DNA of 63,276 bases, filler included, from Lenisia limosa (lineage: Eukaryota > Protista > Breviatea): assembly GCA_001655205.1 (NCBI GenBank). It is 20 parts of 20 records of this genome, joined end to end, with 100 filler letters (N's around TTAATTAATTAA, not from the genome) between each part and the next. Parts side by side here need not be neighbours in the genome. Positions count along the whole stretch, not along the records: positions 20,610 to 25,849 come from LPNZ01011101.1; positions 25,950 to 30,747 come from LPNZ01010638.1; positions 30,848 to 44,897 come from LPNZ01005745.1; 17 more parts are not named here. The stretch is one strand, 5' to 3'. Positions 24,101 through 36,775 of this stretch are shown piece after piece. The notes under the pieces were generated by a model. The model did no database searches. It had not been told where the DNA came from and was given only the letters and a program-made list of their open reading frames with translations. Within the stretch, counting starts at the first letter, position 1, and every line of letters starts with the position of its first letter. The position numbers were made by a program, and so were the translations under genes.

Positions 24101-25790
24101 TATTATCTGCCAATGATATGAGGCAGTAGTAATACATACTTACATATGATATGATATGGAATAATATTATACCACATGAGTGAATATTGCTTTAGTTCTA
24201 TGTGATAGTATAACATATTTCACTAAATTGAGAAAAAAGGTTGTATCTGGTCGAAGCCGTCCACACCATCCCGCTTATAAGAGATATTGGATTGTAGTAT
24301 AATATTAACTCACCCAATCATTTGCCTTACAACTCTGTTCAAGGCTTTCTGTGCCCCCCCCCCCCTCTCTCAGCATACATTGGAGCAATGTCATGCATCA
24401 TGTTCTGGAACAGCGNNNNNNNNNNNNNNNNNNNNNNNNNNNNNNNNNNNNNNNNNNNNNNNNNNNNNNNNNNNNNNNNNNNNNNNNNNNNNNNNNNNNN
24501 NNNNNNNNNNNNNNNNNNNNNNNNNNNNNNNNNNNNNNNNNNNNNNNNNNNNNNNNNNNNNNNNNNNNNNNNNNNNNNNNNNNNNNNNNNNNNNNNNNNN
24601 NNNNNNNNNNNNNNNNNNNNNNGATTTATGTGAAAAAAAAATAACCCCAGAGCTCTGCTGGATAAGCGTTTGTGAAATATGTGATTGCTGAGAGTCTGGG
24701 TGCAATATATCGGCTCTCTCCCCCTCCCTCATAACACAGCACCACTCACGGCCTTGGGCGACAGCAGTCTTGAGAGCATGGATAGGGAACTGAGGCGTCG
24801 CTTCGGCTCTGAGCAGGCCACTTTTGCAACACTCTGAAGGAGCTGGGGGGGGGGGGGGGGGNNNNNNNNNNNNNNNNNNNNNNNNNNNNNNNNNNNNNNN
24901 NNNNNNNNNNNNNNNNNNNNNNNNNNNNNNNNNNNNNNNNNNNNNNNNNNNNNNNNNNNNNNNNNNNNNNNNNNNNNNNNNNNNNNNNNNNNNNNNNNNN
25001 NNNNNNNNNNNNNNNNNNNNNNNNNNNNNNNNNNNNNNNNNNNNNNNNNNNNNNNNNNNNNNNNNNNNNNNNNNNNNNNNNNNNNNNNNNNNNNNNNNNN
25101 NNNNNNNNNNNNNNNNNNNNNNNNNNNNNNNNNNNNNNNNNNNNNNNNNNNNNNNNNNNNNNNNNNNNNNGCTTTGAGAAACATAGGAGAGTTGAAAATA
25201 ACAAAACACGCAAGCAAAGACCAATTGCTTGGAGGTGGGGCAGTATTAGTAGTAGGGCTTCTCTTCAGTTCGAAAAAAAACTAATTTCTTGATAAATCCT
25301 CGAAAACTATCGATATTTTACCAGTATTTTCCGAACCGAAGTGAAGCCGTTACTATTAGTTATCAAAATGGGTTTGGATGAGGATTGACTCGCCTACCAT
25401 TTCAACAAGGTGCAAGAGGAAGTCAACAAAGTTGCTTGTTAGGCCTTCAGTGTGCGGTGATGCTAAAAGTGCCTTTGTCTACGGGGTAAATGCTCGCCAT
25501 TGTTCGAGTAAAAGACTGCATGATTATCATTGTGAGAGTAATACAATGAATGGTGGGAGCATGGCTAATTGGCTGTGATGGTGAACACTGTGAAAGTCCA
25601 CTTAATATGATACTCCATCATGAAACGCGATTATTGATAAAATGTCATATGTACATTTAAGTTCCATTTCCCCAGGTTGCATATAGAAAACTACGATGAA
25701 CTGCAACAGGCAGAAATAGCTGCAAATGTGCCCCTTTACCAGCGGGTGGATGGTTGGCTTCGTCAGCGCTGGATGTGTTAACAATAACAA
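21167..25790 (-). CDS. Large hypothetical alpha-helical protein, multi-exon, 5' partial
   Basis: More than 10 open exons with canonical sites (e.g. ITWLSAYFSIAKAAIMARVPEM, DESVAFLSAAISHAGVDK). Last exon NAIGLCSIVGMTHHEMASAVTRNVGDHMCS-TAG. No family recognised. Confidence 0.55.
21260..21398 (-). mobile_element. IE-1, near full-length, at last-exon acceptor
   Basis: gatgggatgcggggctgcagaagtgactggcctgggc..tcaacccttg..agagttgattttgggc..cataaattttccaactttacccaccccccgcAG. Confidence 0.88.
22038..22131. mobile_element. MITE-A
   Basis: gagcttcacttcggttcg..ccgaaccggtgaagcccTA. Confidence 0.8.
24236..24350 (-). repeat. Dispersed repeat D/E (parts also at about 11726-11790, 12225-12258, 14865-14920, 27805-27864, 48859-48930, 63168-63220)
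   Basis: Shared gcacagaaagc..ttgtaaggcaaatgattgggtgaattaa and ggtggacggcttcg(g/a)ccagatacaacctt blocks. Both are joined in this copy. Confidence 0.7.
25253..25352. mobile_element. MITE-A
   Basis: TAgggcttctcttcagttcgaaaa..ccgaaccgaagtgaagccg. Confidence 0.85.
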
Positions 25791-26097
25791 TATCAGGACT
25801 TGATAAGAAAGCGGGACAGGTTAAAAACATATAATGAGAAATAAAAATANNNNNNNNNNNNNNNNNNNNNNNNNNNNNNNNNNNNNNNNNNNNTTAATTA
25901 ATTAANNNNNNNNNNNNNNNNNNNNNNNNNNNNNNNNNNNNNNNNNNNNATATTACACACAGAAAAAATGGCCCAAGTTGAGCAGCCGTAACTTTTCAAC
26001 CCTTACTGATTTTTTTTCATCGAAATTCATGATGCTTGCGGTTGTAGATTGTTATTAATTGGTTGAGAAAGCGGTTTATTGTACGTAAAGACTTATA

Positions 26098-29000
26098 ATG
26101 GAAGACGATTCAGCGTGTGGCGTGAAAGTCATCGCACGTTTCAGGTACAGTGATTTAACCCCCGTTTTTGCAGGTTTCTAATGAATTCAGACCCTTTAAT
26201 AGCAGGGAATTGGCAGAATGGGGAGACAGGAAGAGTGAGGTGTGTCTCTGGGTTAATGAATTCACATAGATGGCAACTTTTTAGTGGCTTTTACTAATGG
26301 GACTTAGGTTGAGATCAAAATTGTGGGTGGAAAGGATATCACCATTACAACTCCCGGAAACCCAGTCAAGAAATTCACTTTTGATTACGTGTTCGGTGAT
26401 GGTAGCCAACAAATTGATGTCTACAACAAAGCAGCAAAGCACACTATCAATGACGTTCTTGATGGTTACAATGGTACCATTTTCGCATATGGTGAGGGCT
26501 TTTTAGGAGTTCTTTCCCCAATATTGACTATCTGTACCTAATTACTTTTGTTATACCTTGATTTGATAACTTTCTACCTCGGCAGTTTCCCAGTTCAGGT
26601 CTTATTCCTCAGGGCAAACTGGCGCAGGAAAGTCCTGGACAATGTTTGGAAAGCGTATTGGAGACGATTCGCTCAAAGGAATCATCCCTCGTGCCGCTGA
26701 GTGAGTTCCACCATTTTACTGAGATTAACTCATATCCTTTTGATCGGTTCGGCAACAACTGGTTTTCCAGATTCAGAACTGGCCAATATGTTCCTTTTGT
26801 TCCTGTACCCATTGGTTGAATTTGTCCTAACTAATGACTCTTTTCTATTGCGATTTTTTTTCGTTGAAGATACAATTTGTCAACCTTGTTTTTACCTTTT
26901 TACTTATGCCAGAACCTTAAATCACGCTACATTGCTCTATTTGACTGAATCTTAACCACATGATAAGTATCTTATTGAATTGGGTGAAGAATCATTAATT
27001 AATAAGCTTACATGTCCATTGACTTCGGTTTGTGTCAAAATTGCATATTTATTGTGGTTTTGAGTACTCTCATTCAATTATCAATTATGAGATGTAGAGT
27101 AAGAGAACCTGGACTGAATTGTATCATAATGGTATTATGTCAAAGTGTTTGCAACACCCAGTCGGGATTTTTTTCTTGATACCAATATTCGTCATCGAAA
27201 TTCACAACCTGTTTATGGCCATAAAGCTAATTATGGGCTTTTTGTTACATACGTGTACATGTACTTTTTCCATTTTGTTGTTCTCAACCCTCGTATCATC
27301 TCAGCCAACAGAGTTGATTTTGGGCTTCTTTTTTATTGTTTCATACGTTTTCCATTTTACCCCCCCCNNNNNNNNNNNNNNNNNNNNNNNNNNNNNNNNN
27401 NNNNNNNNNNNNNNNNNNNNNNNNNNNNNNNNNNNNNNNNNNNNNNNNNNNNNNNNNNNNNNNNNNNNNNNNNNNNNNNNNNNNNNNNNNNNNNNNNNNN
27501 NNNNNNNNNNNNNNNNNNNNNNNNNNNNNNNNNNNNNNNNNNNNNNNNNNNNNNNNNNNNNNNNNNNNNNNNNNNNNNNNGGACAAGTTTGAGTGGGAAG
27601 TCAGCTGCTCGTTCCTAGAGCTGTACAACGAGGAGGTCAACGATCTGCTTAACAAGAACGGACGAAACCTGAGAGTGGGTTGACCCCCAGGATTTACAAC
27701 TTATATGGGGATATTCTGAAAATGTTTCAATTTGTTCCCGACAGTATATTCAAAACGTAGTATGAGGGAAAGGCTCAGTTGTTAGGTAGACTATATTGAC
27801 AATTTGTGCACAGAGTTGTAAGGCAAATGATTGGGTGAATTAATATTATACTATAATTCAATATNNNNNNNNNNNNNNNNNNNNNNNNNNNNNNNNNNNN
27901 NNNNNNNNNNNNNNNNNNNNNACCCCAAGAAAGGTGTTTACATCCAGAATCTCACCGATGTGTCATGCCAGGTATGGAGGGTCTCTGATGTTCCGAATAT
28001 ATGACCATCTAATAATGTCCCTTATCGGTTTCCTTTACACCAATATCATACCCCCAGAGTTGATTTTGGGTTTTCCATTTTCACCTGGCCTGGGCTTTGT
28101 TTGTTTTGTTGTTCTCAACACTCGTATTATCAGCCAATAGAGTTGATTTTGGGCTTTTTTTATTTCATAAATTTCCAATTTTACTCCCCCAGGAAAACGA
28201 TCATGTAGTTGAGCTTCTTTTGACGGGAGAGAAGTCCCGCGCCGTGTCATCCACCAAAATGAACCAGGAGTCTTCGCGGTCGCATTCAGTGTTCATGCTG
28301 AAGGTCCGGCCTGGGCTTGTGTTATTTTCATATTTCAACTATTCTGATTGTTCATTTATAAGCGTGATGGAGTGGATACTTCTTTTTTTTCTCTATAAGA
28401 TACGTTTCATACCTGCCCTGCGTTCAACGTCTAGTGCTCGTAGTTGTATTGTGTTTTTGCTTTGGAGTTTTAGTTGCAGTTCGTGATTAGTACCTTTACA
28501 ATTTCTTCATCGAAATTTCCTTCGTTTTACTCCCCCNNNNNNNNNNNNNNNNNNNNNNNNNNNNNNNNNNNNNNNNNNNNNNNNNNNNNNNNNNNNNNNN
28601 NNNNNNNNNNNNNNNNNNNNNNNNNNNNNAGTTGAATCTTGTGGATCTCGCTGGATCGGAGAAAGTTGGAAAGACTGGCGCCACCGGACAAACTCTCCAG
28701 GAGGTGGGGGGAGACAAACTATCCAATTGGCAAATCATATATCATATCATATGTGTTTGTTATAAGTGTAATAGCACAAGAGCGATTTTGAATGTAGGGC
28801 TTCACTGCGTTCGAAAAAAGACTGAATTTCTGATAAATCCTCGATAAATATCAATATTTTATCGCTCTTTTTCGAACCGAAGTGAAGCCCTGGTTGAATG
28901 TCCATTCTCCCAGTATTTAAAACAACTTTTCCACGTTTACCCCCCCCCCCCAGGCCATGAAAATTAACATGTCGCTGACTGCTCTCGGAAAGTGTATTGC

Positions 29001-30460
29001 AGCCCTTGTTACTGGTACAAAACATATCCCGTACCGTGAGTCAAAACTGACCAGAATTCTGCAGGTATGGGAGGGGGGTATATTGGAGAATCTAAGTGGT
29101 GTGTATCATCATCATCATCATCATCTTCTTCTTCTTCTTCTTCTTCTTCTTTTTTTTTTTTTTTGCCTTATACGCTGGAGTGATNNNNNNNNNNNNNNNN
29201 NNNNNNNNNNNNNNNNNNNNNNNNNNNNNNNNNNNNNNNNNNNNNNNNNNNNNNNNNNNNNNNNNNNNNNNNNNNNNNNNNNNNNNNNNNNNNNNNNNNN
29301 NNTTTGTCAGCCGACAGAGTTGATCTGCCTTTTTTGTTTCATAAATTTTCCAGTTTGCTCCCCGGTAACTCTCTCAGGAGTCCCTCGGAGGTAACACGAA
29401 GACAACGCTCTTGGTGGCAGCATCCCTCCATGAGTTCAACATCGAAGAAACCATCAACACACTTGAATTCGCCAAAAGGTGGCAGGGCTTGATACCCAAT
29501 TATACGCTGCAGCTCAAAATACACATCAAAAATTGAATCTCAGATTTCATGAAACAGCGGAATATCCTATTTTGATCTGCAGTTTAATGTTATTAGCTTT
29601 GTAAATCATCCATGCTGTAGCAGATCCAAGATAATACACTACATATAATATATTTTCGGGTCGAAAAATACCAGTAATGTGTCGATTCCAGGATTTATCG
29701 GGAAATTCAGTCTTTTTTTGAACCGAAGTGAAGCCCAAAAAATATCTTAATGCCTTCATGCTTTAGAGCCAAAAATATCAAGAACAAAGTCAAGGTCAAC
29801 AAACAGTATACTGTGGACGAGCTTCTCATCATTCTTGATAAGGTCAAATTGGAACTCAAAAAGGCCCTGTAAGGGGGGGGGGGGCTCCGATCATNNNNNN
29901 NNNNNNNNNNNNNNNNNNNNNNNNNNNNNNNNNNNNNNNNNNNNNNNNNNNNNNNAGTTGTTAGTTCCCATTGACATTGCCTTTTTTATTAACTTCTTTT
30001 GGGAGTTGACAGTTGGTTTCAATTAGGAGTTTGGATTCACACCAGTCCAGATGACCCCTTTAAACCCTGCTCACCCAACAGAAACAAAAACAAGAAGATG
30101 CAAAAGGAGCTGGACTACTACAAATCACCGGATTTCGACCCTAATGCCGCGCCGCCAGTGTTTGAAGAAGACGAGGACGAAGAGGACGATGACGTGGATG
30201 TAGGCGGCTGGGCGGTTCTAGTGCGTTAGAAGCTGTGCTAGTACTTCATTTGGTCACAAAAAGGGGATTTTAGCTACTGTGATCATTTTCTATCATAGCT
30301 CATAATCTTCCACCCCATCATAACCTCATAATAACCACAGCCTGTTGCTGCCATCGAGGCTGAAGCGAAGAAGGAGGAGGAGAGGAAAGAGGCAATCGCG
30401 CGAGGGGAGGACCCTGATGCCATTGCACCAACTGAAGGTGCTGGTGCCGCTGATGGTGGG
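26098..30460 (+). CDS. N-terminal-motor kinesin (kinesin-1/KHC-like), 3' partial
   Basis: [44 protein letters not shown] (P-loop), [26 protein letters not shown] (switch I), [11 protein letters not shown] (switch II), [23 protein letters not shown]. Confidence 0.96.
27286..27367 (+). mobile_element. IE-1 in a kinesin intron
   Basis: ctcaaccctcgtatcatctcagccaacagagttgattttgggc..ttttaccccccc, then N gap. Confidence 0.8.
28056..28192 (+). mobile_element. IE-1 stacked pair at a kinesin acceptor
   Basis: Truncated agagttgattttgggttttcc followed by ctggcctgggctttg..agagttgattttgggc..ttttactcccccAG|GAAAAC. Confidence 0.85.
28795..28892. mobile_element. MITE-A in a kinesin intron (further copies 29652-29737, 30536-30632)
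   Basis: TAgggcttcactgcgttcgaaaaaagac..ttttcgaaccgaagtgaagccc. Confidence 0.88.
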
Positions 30461-31490
30461 AGGGAAGGGGGTGTTTGCGTGGTCTGTTAGATTCGCGCCC
30501 ACGGGTTGTCATGCTTCTTACTAATATCATACTTCGGGCTTCCCTATGGTCCCAATAAAAGACTGAATTCTCGATAAATCCTCGGTAAATATCGATATTT
30601 TACCATCTTTTCCGGACCGTAGTGAAGCGCTAATCATACTCCTTGTTTGTTTTTGTGTTATCAGCCTTCGTGTGTTCTCAGCCTTCGTGTGTTCTCAGCC
30701 CAAATAGAGTTGATTTAGGGCTTTGTTTCATAAATTTTCCAATTTTGNNNNNNNNNNNNNNNNNNNNNNNNNNNNNNNNNNNNNNNNNNNNTTAATTAAT
30801 TAANNNNNNNNNNNNNNNNNNNNNNNNNNNNNNNNNNNNNNNNNNNNCCAGAGCAGTTGTCAGAAGCAACAGCGCGAAACCAGCCATCGGAGCTCTCCTC
30901 AATGATCTAAAGCGTCAACGGCTCACAATATACTGGAAAACGGGGAAATAATATCTGGATGAAGGATGATCAACACTGTTGGAATTAGCAAAGGAAGAAG
31001 GTTAATTAACCACTCGCCTTAATAACCATAAAAAAAATTTAAAAAAGACAACTCACCTCAAGAACTTCACCAAAAGTTGAAGTCAAACATTTCGGATTTT
31101 CAGAGGAAAAGGTATGTTTGACAACGCCTAGCTCATGGCGAACTTTCCACACCATTTTAGGGAGCTTTTTAGCCTTGTGAACTCAAAGGGTCCCTTTAAA
31201 TCGGCGAAGAAACCAAAATAAAGATTTACTCAGAATCAAAGAGTTCCTATTCTTATAAAAATACAAAAAAAAAAACTACACAGAACACTCCTCTTGTCCC
31301 CTTAACACAACTGAGAGGTCAAAATTTCCCTACAAACAACCAAAGAGGTATAACCTGTGCCATTTATACCACTCTTTGATTGAATCCTGTGAGCCTGCGC
31401 CCCCCTAAGGCTTCTTTCCATGCTACAACAACGTATATTGACCTATTATTAAAGTTGTATTGAGAATATTTTAAAAACAGACACAGGACG

Positions 31491-34400
31491 ATGAGGCTCC
31501 CCGTTATTGTAATTGGGATCATCGTTGCCATTGCCTACTACTTTTCAGGACACGAGCACACAACACAAAGGTGAGGTTTTACCAGGAAGGCAAAATTAAA
31601 AAAGGCCCAGGCATATAATGTGATCTTAGGATTGAATCAATGAAATAGGCTTATTTATTATATGACTCATCTATGCGATGGACAGGGTGGAGGTTGTCCT
31701 CTGCGCTTATCCTTCAGGTTTGATCTAAACCCGCAATTCCGAGGCCTTACCAAGGGTGAATACTTTAAGGTAATTTCGTGAGTTCCATTGGTGAAGCATT
31801 CATTATTTGAAAAAAAAAAAAACGACCTTTTGGACAATACTGATAGCTTACGTGGTCGACACAGTGGAATATGGATTTTAAGATTTCACGTATTTATTGT
31901 TTCGTTATTAATCATTTTTGCACTTAGTGCACATAGATATTCGTACTCTTCCTTCTGCTACTTAGTCGCAACTTTTTATTTTCCTGTTCAGGCTTCCAAT
32001 GGCCTCTGGCTTTACAAGAGGAAATGGGAGGTGGAGAATCCACGGTGAGTATGGTCCTAGTCATTCAGAGTTTTTGGACTGATAATATCGAATTCTTATA
32101 GTTAGCTATATTGGCTACAATAATTCTGGCTATTTTGAGCCAACATGAAGCCCTTTCTCTAAACAAGCGATATGTTTCACTACTAATATATTTATTTTAT
32201 TTCTGTTTTTCTATTGTAATGGACAAAGCGCGCTGATGGTCTGTCTACATGGCCTTGCTCATCACTCTGCCCACTTCTCTGAGATGGCTGAGGAAATCAA
32301 GGGACTCAATATTTCAATGTATAGCTTTGATTTTGTCGGTATGCGGAGAGCTGAATGAAAATAGCGTTGCTGAAATGAATTTGAACCTTGAATTGAAAAT
32401 TAATTCTATTTTGTATTTTAGGATATTATTGTATTTTATGATATTATATAATACATATCGATATATGTATATATATATTATTATATATACATGTATTGTA
32501 TATCATAGAATATGATATGTTTTATCTGATATGATATCATAATCATACATAATACCATCTATTTTTCATTCTTTGTAACAAGGGTAAAATAACACATTAT
32601 ATCAACATCCGAGACAACCGAATTCCTCATCATTTCAGGACACGGTCACAGCGAAGGAGACCCCCTGCATGTGGAGAACTCCCAGGAACACATTACTAAC
32701 GCAGTGAAATTTATTAAGGACGTGGGTGAAGGGTGAAACTGTGGTTTTTAATTTTTTAAGGGTATAACCATCTAATAGTTGTTGATTTTTTTATTTATTT
32801 ATTGGTGCATAAAGTTGATTTTGTGGGGTTTTATTGAAAGAAATACATACTGTGCTGGAGTGATGGGATGCGGTGCTGCAGAANNNNNNNNNNNNNNNNN
32901 NNNNNNNNNNNNNNNNNNNNNNNNNNNNNNNNNNNNNNNNNNNNNNNNNNNNNNNNNNNNNNNNNNNNNNNNNNNNACAGCTCAAAGCCAGAGCAACACT
33001 CCCGGTGTTCCTCTACGGTCACTCAATGGGCGGTCTCATCGCCACTCATGTTGCAAGCGGATACCCGGAACTTGTAGATGGTGTGTTTATTATATCGCAA
33101 AATAGTGGTCTTCGTTCCAGAAGTATACCCAATAATTGACATTTTATCTTAAATATGATGGAGCCTCATGTTCTTATCGCTACTTAGGTCTTCTTCTCGG
33201 CTCACCAGCTCTCATCGATTCCATTGAAATGCCCTTTAGGGAGTCGCTGGAGGTTATTTCAGGGTTGGTCGCACATGTAGCCTGATATTACTCTTGAAAT
33301 GATGTAATATGTTACAACTTCCATTTTTGAAAAGCAACCATAGTCGAGAGGTTTTGTATTATATTTTTTGGGAAATCTGCAACATTGATAGAATGTTTCC
33401 TTTTGTTAGATTGTACCAGGGATCATTCTCTAGATTCTTGAACATGATAGTACCTCGCCTTCCGATTATCAAGCTCAACTCTGCTGAGCTGGTGGCGGAC
33501 CAATCTCAGAGTTTGGGGTTTTGAGTAATATTTATGATTATTGACAGTTTTATGCTACTGATGCTGTGTCTGGTGATTCACTGTAAATAAGTAAATGACG
33601 TGCTGTGTTACCCGTAGTGGCTTCCACATTCATTTGTAACTTTATAGTGGAACGTATCACCTCGGATTCCTTGAAAAAGACCGACAAGATCCCGCTGTCA
33701 ACCTGTCAAATGATGCTTGATGTAGGTCACCGTATGGTTTTATGACTCGCTATCCGCAAAAATAGACTGTCACAGTTAGAAAAACAAAATACAATTGAAG
33801 TAATTGACATGCTTTCCACCCTGTGCTTGGTACTTCTGATATTGCCCAACCCTTCCGTTACCTCTTCTTTTCAGCCGTAAGTATACCACCTATTTTCAAG
33901 TAGTCATAATGACCTCTATGCTTCTTTTCCAAAGCAGAGTGTAACTGTTGTTTAACTAAAATAGCTGCGTCTTGACCTCGATGATGTACTCAAACAGCTC
34001 ACTACGCCCTTCATCATCTTCCAAGGTCGGCTTTTGCTGTAATCTGCTTTCTGAATGATTTTACACAACCATAAACATGATATCGATTTTCCATCATTTT
34101 ATTCAAGTAGATCGGCATAATATATGATATGTAAGTTTTATTTACCAAACCAGGAGCGCTGGACAAAATCGTGCCCCCTAGTGTCATTGAAGTGGCAATG
34201 AAGGCGTCTTCACCAATCAAGTTCGGCAAGGTATATACATTAGTGGTGCTTTGCTGGAAACAAAATGAGTCCTCTCATTTCTTATTCTGTTTGATCTTCA
34301 GGATAGTATCTCACAACTTGATTGTTTGAGTTCTGTAACTCTTATTACCTGGTATAGCTATTGGGAAACTCCAAGCACCGTATGGATATCGACTACGACC

Positions 34401-34557
34401 GAGAGGTTAGAGGAAACGCTCTTGTTGATTCCATGACTCATACCAGTCATCTTCTAAGAGTTCACTCCAACTTTTTGTCAAAATGACCAAAGCTACGCTG
34501 ACGTTTTAGGAATTCTTTGGAGCAATGAGAGAATTCCTCCATGGGCGCCTATCATAA
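31491..34557 (+). CDS. Monoacylglycerol-lipase-like alpha/beta hydrolase with N-terminal signal/anchor
   Basis: MRLPVIVIGIIVAIAYYF; LHGLAHHS; FDFVGHGHSEG; nucleophile LYGHSMGGLIA; IFQGALDKIV (Asp); NSKHRMD (His); ends TAA 34555-34557. Confidence 0.88.
32812..32883 (+). mobile_element. IE-1 5' end preceded by a degenerate copy (lipase intron)
   Basis: aagttgattttgtgggg..gCTGGAGtgatgggatgcggtgctgcagaa, then N gap. Confidence 0.75.
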
Positions 34558-34706
34558 CCTGCTCGTCTCATAATAGTTTACATTGATACAAATAAATGGA
34601 AAGGACAGTTGGAAACACAAAATATTAAATAAATATGACATAATGAAAAACCATTTTCAACCCTCGAATTTCTCATTTTGAGAAAGAACGCCACTTGGAA
34701 TTGGTC

Positions 34707-36381
34707 CTATCTAGAAAACCCAAGTTCCTAAAGGGTCAACATAAGGCAGAAATAAAATTCCATATTTAAATGATGATAGCAGGTATTATATCAACGCTCT
34801 CTTACGTTCATGATTGATATAAAGCCCTTGATATAATGGCGGCCGAATTGCTGCACCACATAAAGAGGAGCAAGGTCATCCAAGTCTTCGTCATCAAGCT
34901 TCATTATGGACTGCAATTGTCAAATAACCAAAGAAAACAAAATTGATAGTTGATGCCAATTCCTCTCGAGTTGCGATTTGATCAAATGCAACTGTGCCAA
35001 ATATATTGAATCCCAAGCTGAATGAGAGCTGACACGTATCAAAATGCTAATCTTTTTTAAAGGTGTAAATGTAGGTTACAAAATAGAGCAAAATCATATG
35101 TCCTACCTGCTCTTCTGCTACTCTCTGCATTAGATCGAAAAACTCCTGAAAATTGATACCAAACTGGTCTTTAACCCCGAGGATCTAAACCAGTAAGGTT
35201 TTGTATTGTTATTTATGTAATAATAGTTAGAATTTAAATTTGTATTCTTCAAAAACACTGATATTGTAAGCAAAAAAATGAATAAAATCGCTCTTGTATT
35301 CAAAACGAATCGGCTTACATCGTAAATTGTTTTTATACTGTCGCTTGTGAGGAAGACAATACCAGGATATCGCTCAAACTGAACAACAGAGTGGTTTTCG
35401 GCGAGGAGGGTCCCGAGCCTGTCAGGAGTGAATGTTAATACAACACTTCTGTCATCAAATCTAAAACAATATCGTATTGTTTTCTAGAATGTGTCAAAAG
35501 CAAGGAGACTCTTTCCTCCGAACCCTAAATTGAGATACCCTGTTTAGAAAGCCTTACAACATCCACCAACAAACCATTCGACAAAGAAATCCGGACCTTC
35601 AGGCTTGTTAACCTGCCATATCAGTATTGTTATTAATCATAAAATGAAACAGCAAACTATGAACCTATTATAAGAGCTCATCAACAACCTCCACGGTTTC
35701 CGCTTGAGGTAAATCAAAAACTAGACAACAAATTGTTTCAGTCCCCCTCCCCCACCAAGCCATATAGTCGATTAGTGTAGTGAGCTCGGCACTCCTCTAA
35801 AGAGTCCGAATCTGCCGCAAACGCATGCCTGGGGGGGGGGGGNNNNNNNNNNNNNNNNNNNNNNNNNNNNNNNNNNNNNNNNNNNNNNNNNNNNNNNNNN
35901 NNNNNNNNNNNNNNNNNNNNNNNNNNNNNNGTGGATTACGATTAAAATTATAAGGAATGTTACGAAAGTTAGGAGGTTAATACTTGGTACCACAAGCGCA
36001 ATGGAATGGGGACCAACGTGAGCCCGCCAGAGCTCACACCACGCAACACTGAGCAGAAGAGATTCCACAGTGGAATAAAGGGCCTGTTAACATCCAGCCA
36101 TTCATGACAGCAACATACCTTGATATTCGTTTTGAGAAGTCCCTTAGCTCCTTGAGCGAAAACCGCCCATCATGATTGTTGTCAAGGAAGTAGAGCGTGG
36201 GGAGGTGCGAAAGGTCGATCCATCGGTCTGGATACTCTTCAATTTGCAGGAGCCTATCGATGTCCTATTGGAGGTGAAAAGAAGAGCCTTGGACCAAGCC
36301 TACGATGGACTCGTCGCCTTCCGAGATCTTCGCCCATTCCTTCTCAATGTGCTTTATAATATTCGGTAAGCTGTTGCCCAT
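34707..36381 (-). CDS. Uncharacterised N-myristoylation-motif EF-hand protein
   Basis: Starts MGNSLPN. EF-hand loop LDNNHDGRFSLKEL. Later exons ILGVKDQFGINFQEFFDLMQRVAEEQ and ..FGRHYIKGFISIMN / ELGFSR-TAG. Confidence 0.7.
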
Positions 36382-36775
36382 TTACATTGATTTGAATTCA
36401 ATTACATCAATGGAATTGTGTTATTGAATTTTCACCAAAAAAAAAATAATATTGCTATGGTGATCTCCAAATCAATCGATCCTTCCGCCTGAACTTCATT
36501 GAGTCATTCATTCAGCCTTTCTCGTTATCCCTAACGTTCTTCTGTTCTCCTCTTCCGTATTAAATTAATTAAATTAATTATTGTTATTGTTATATTGTCA
36601 TTTTATTGCTGAATTAATATATATAATATGCATATATATGGTATAATTAAAACAATAAAACAAAAACAAAAAACAGATTTTTTGTTGATTGAGTTGAAAA
36701 ATAACCAAAGCGTTCACGCCACGAGCAGCCAAACAACCAACACGTCAAGAAACTTAAACATGCATAGAAACAGCC

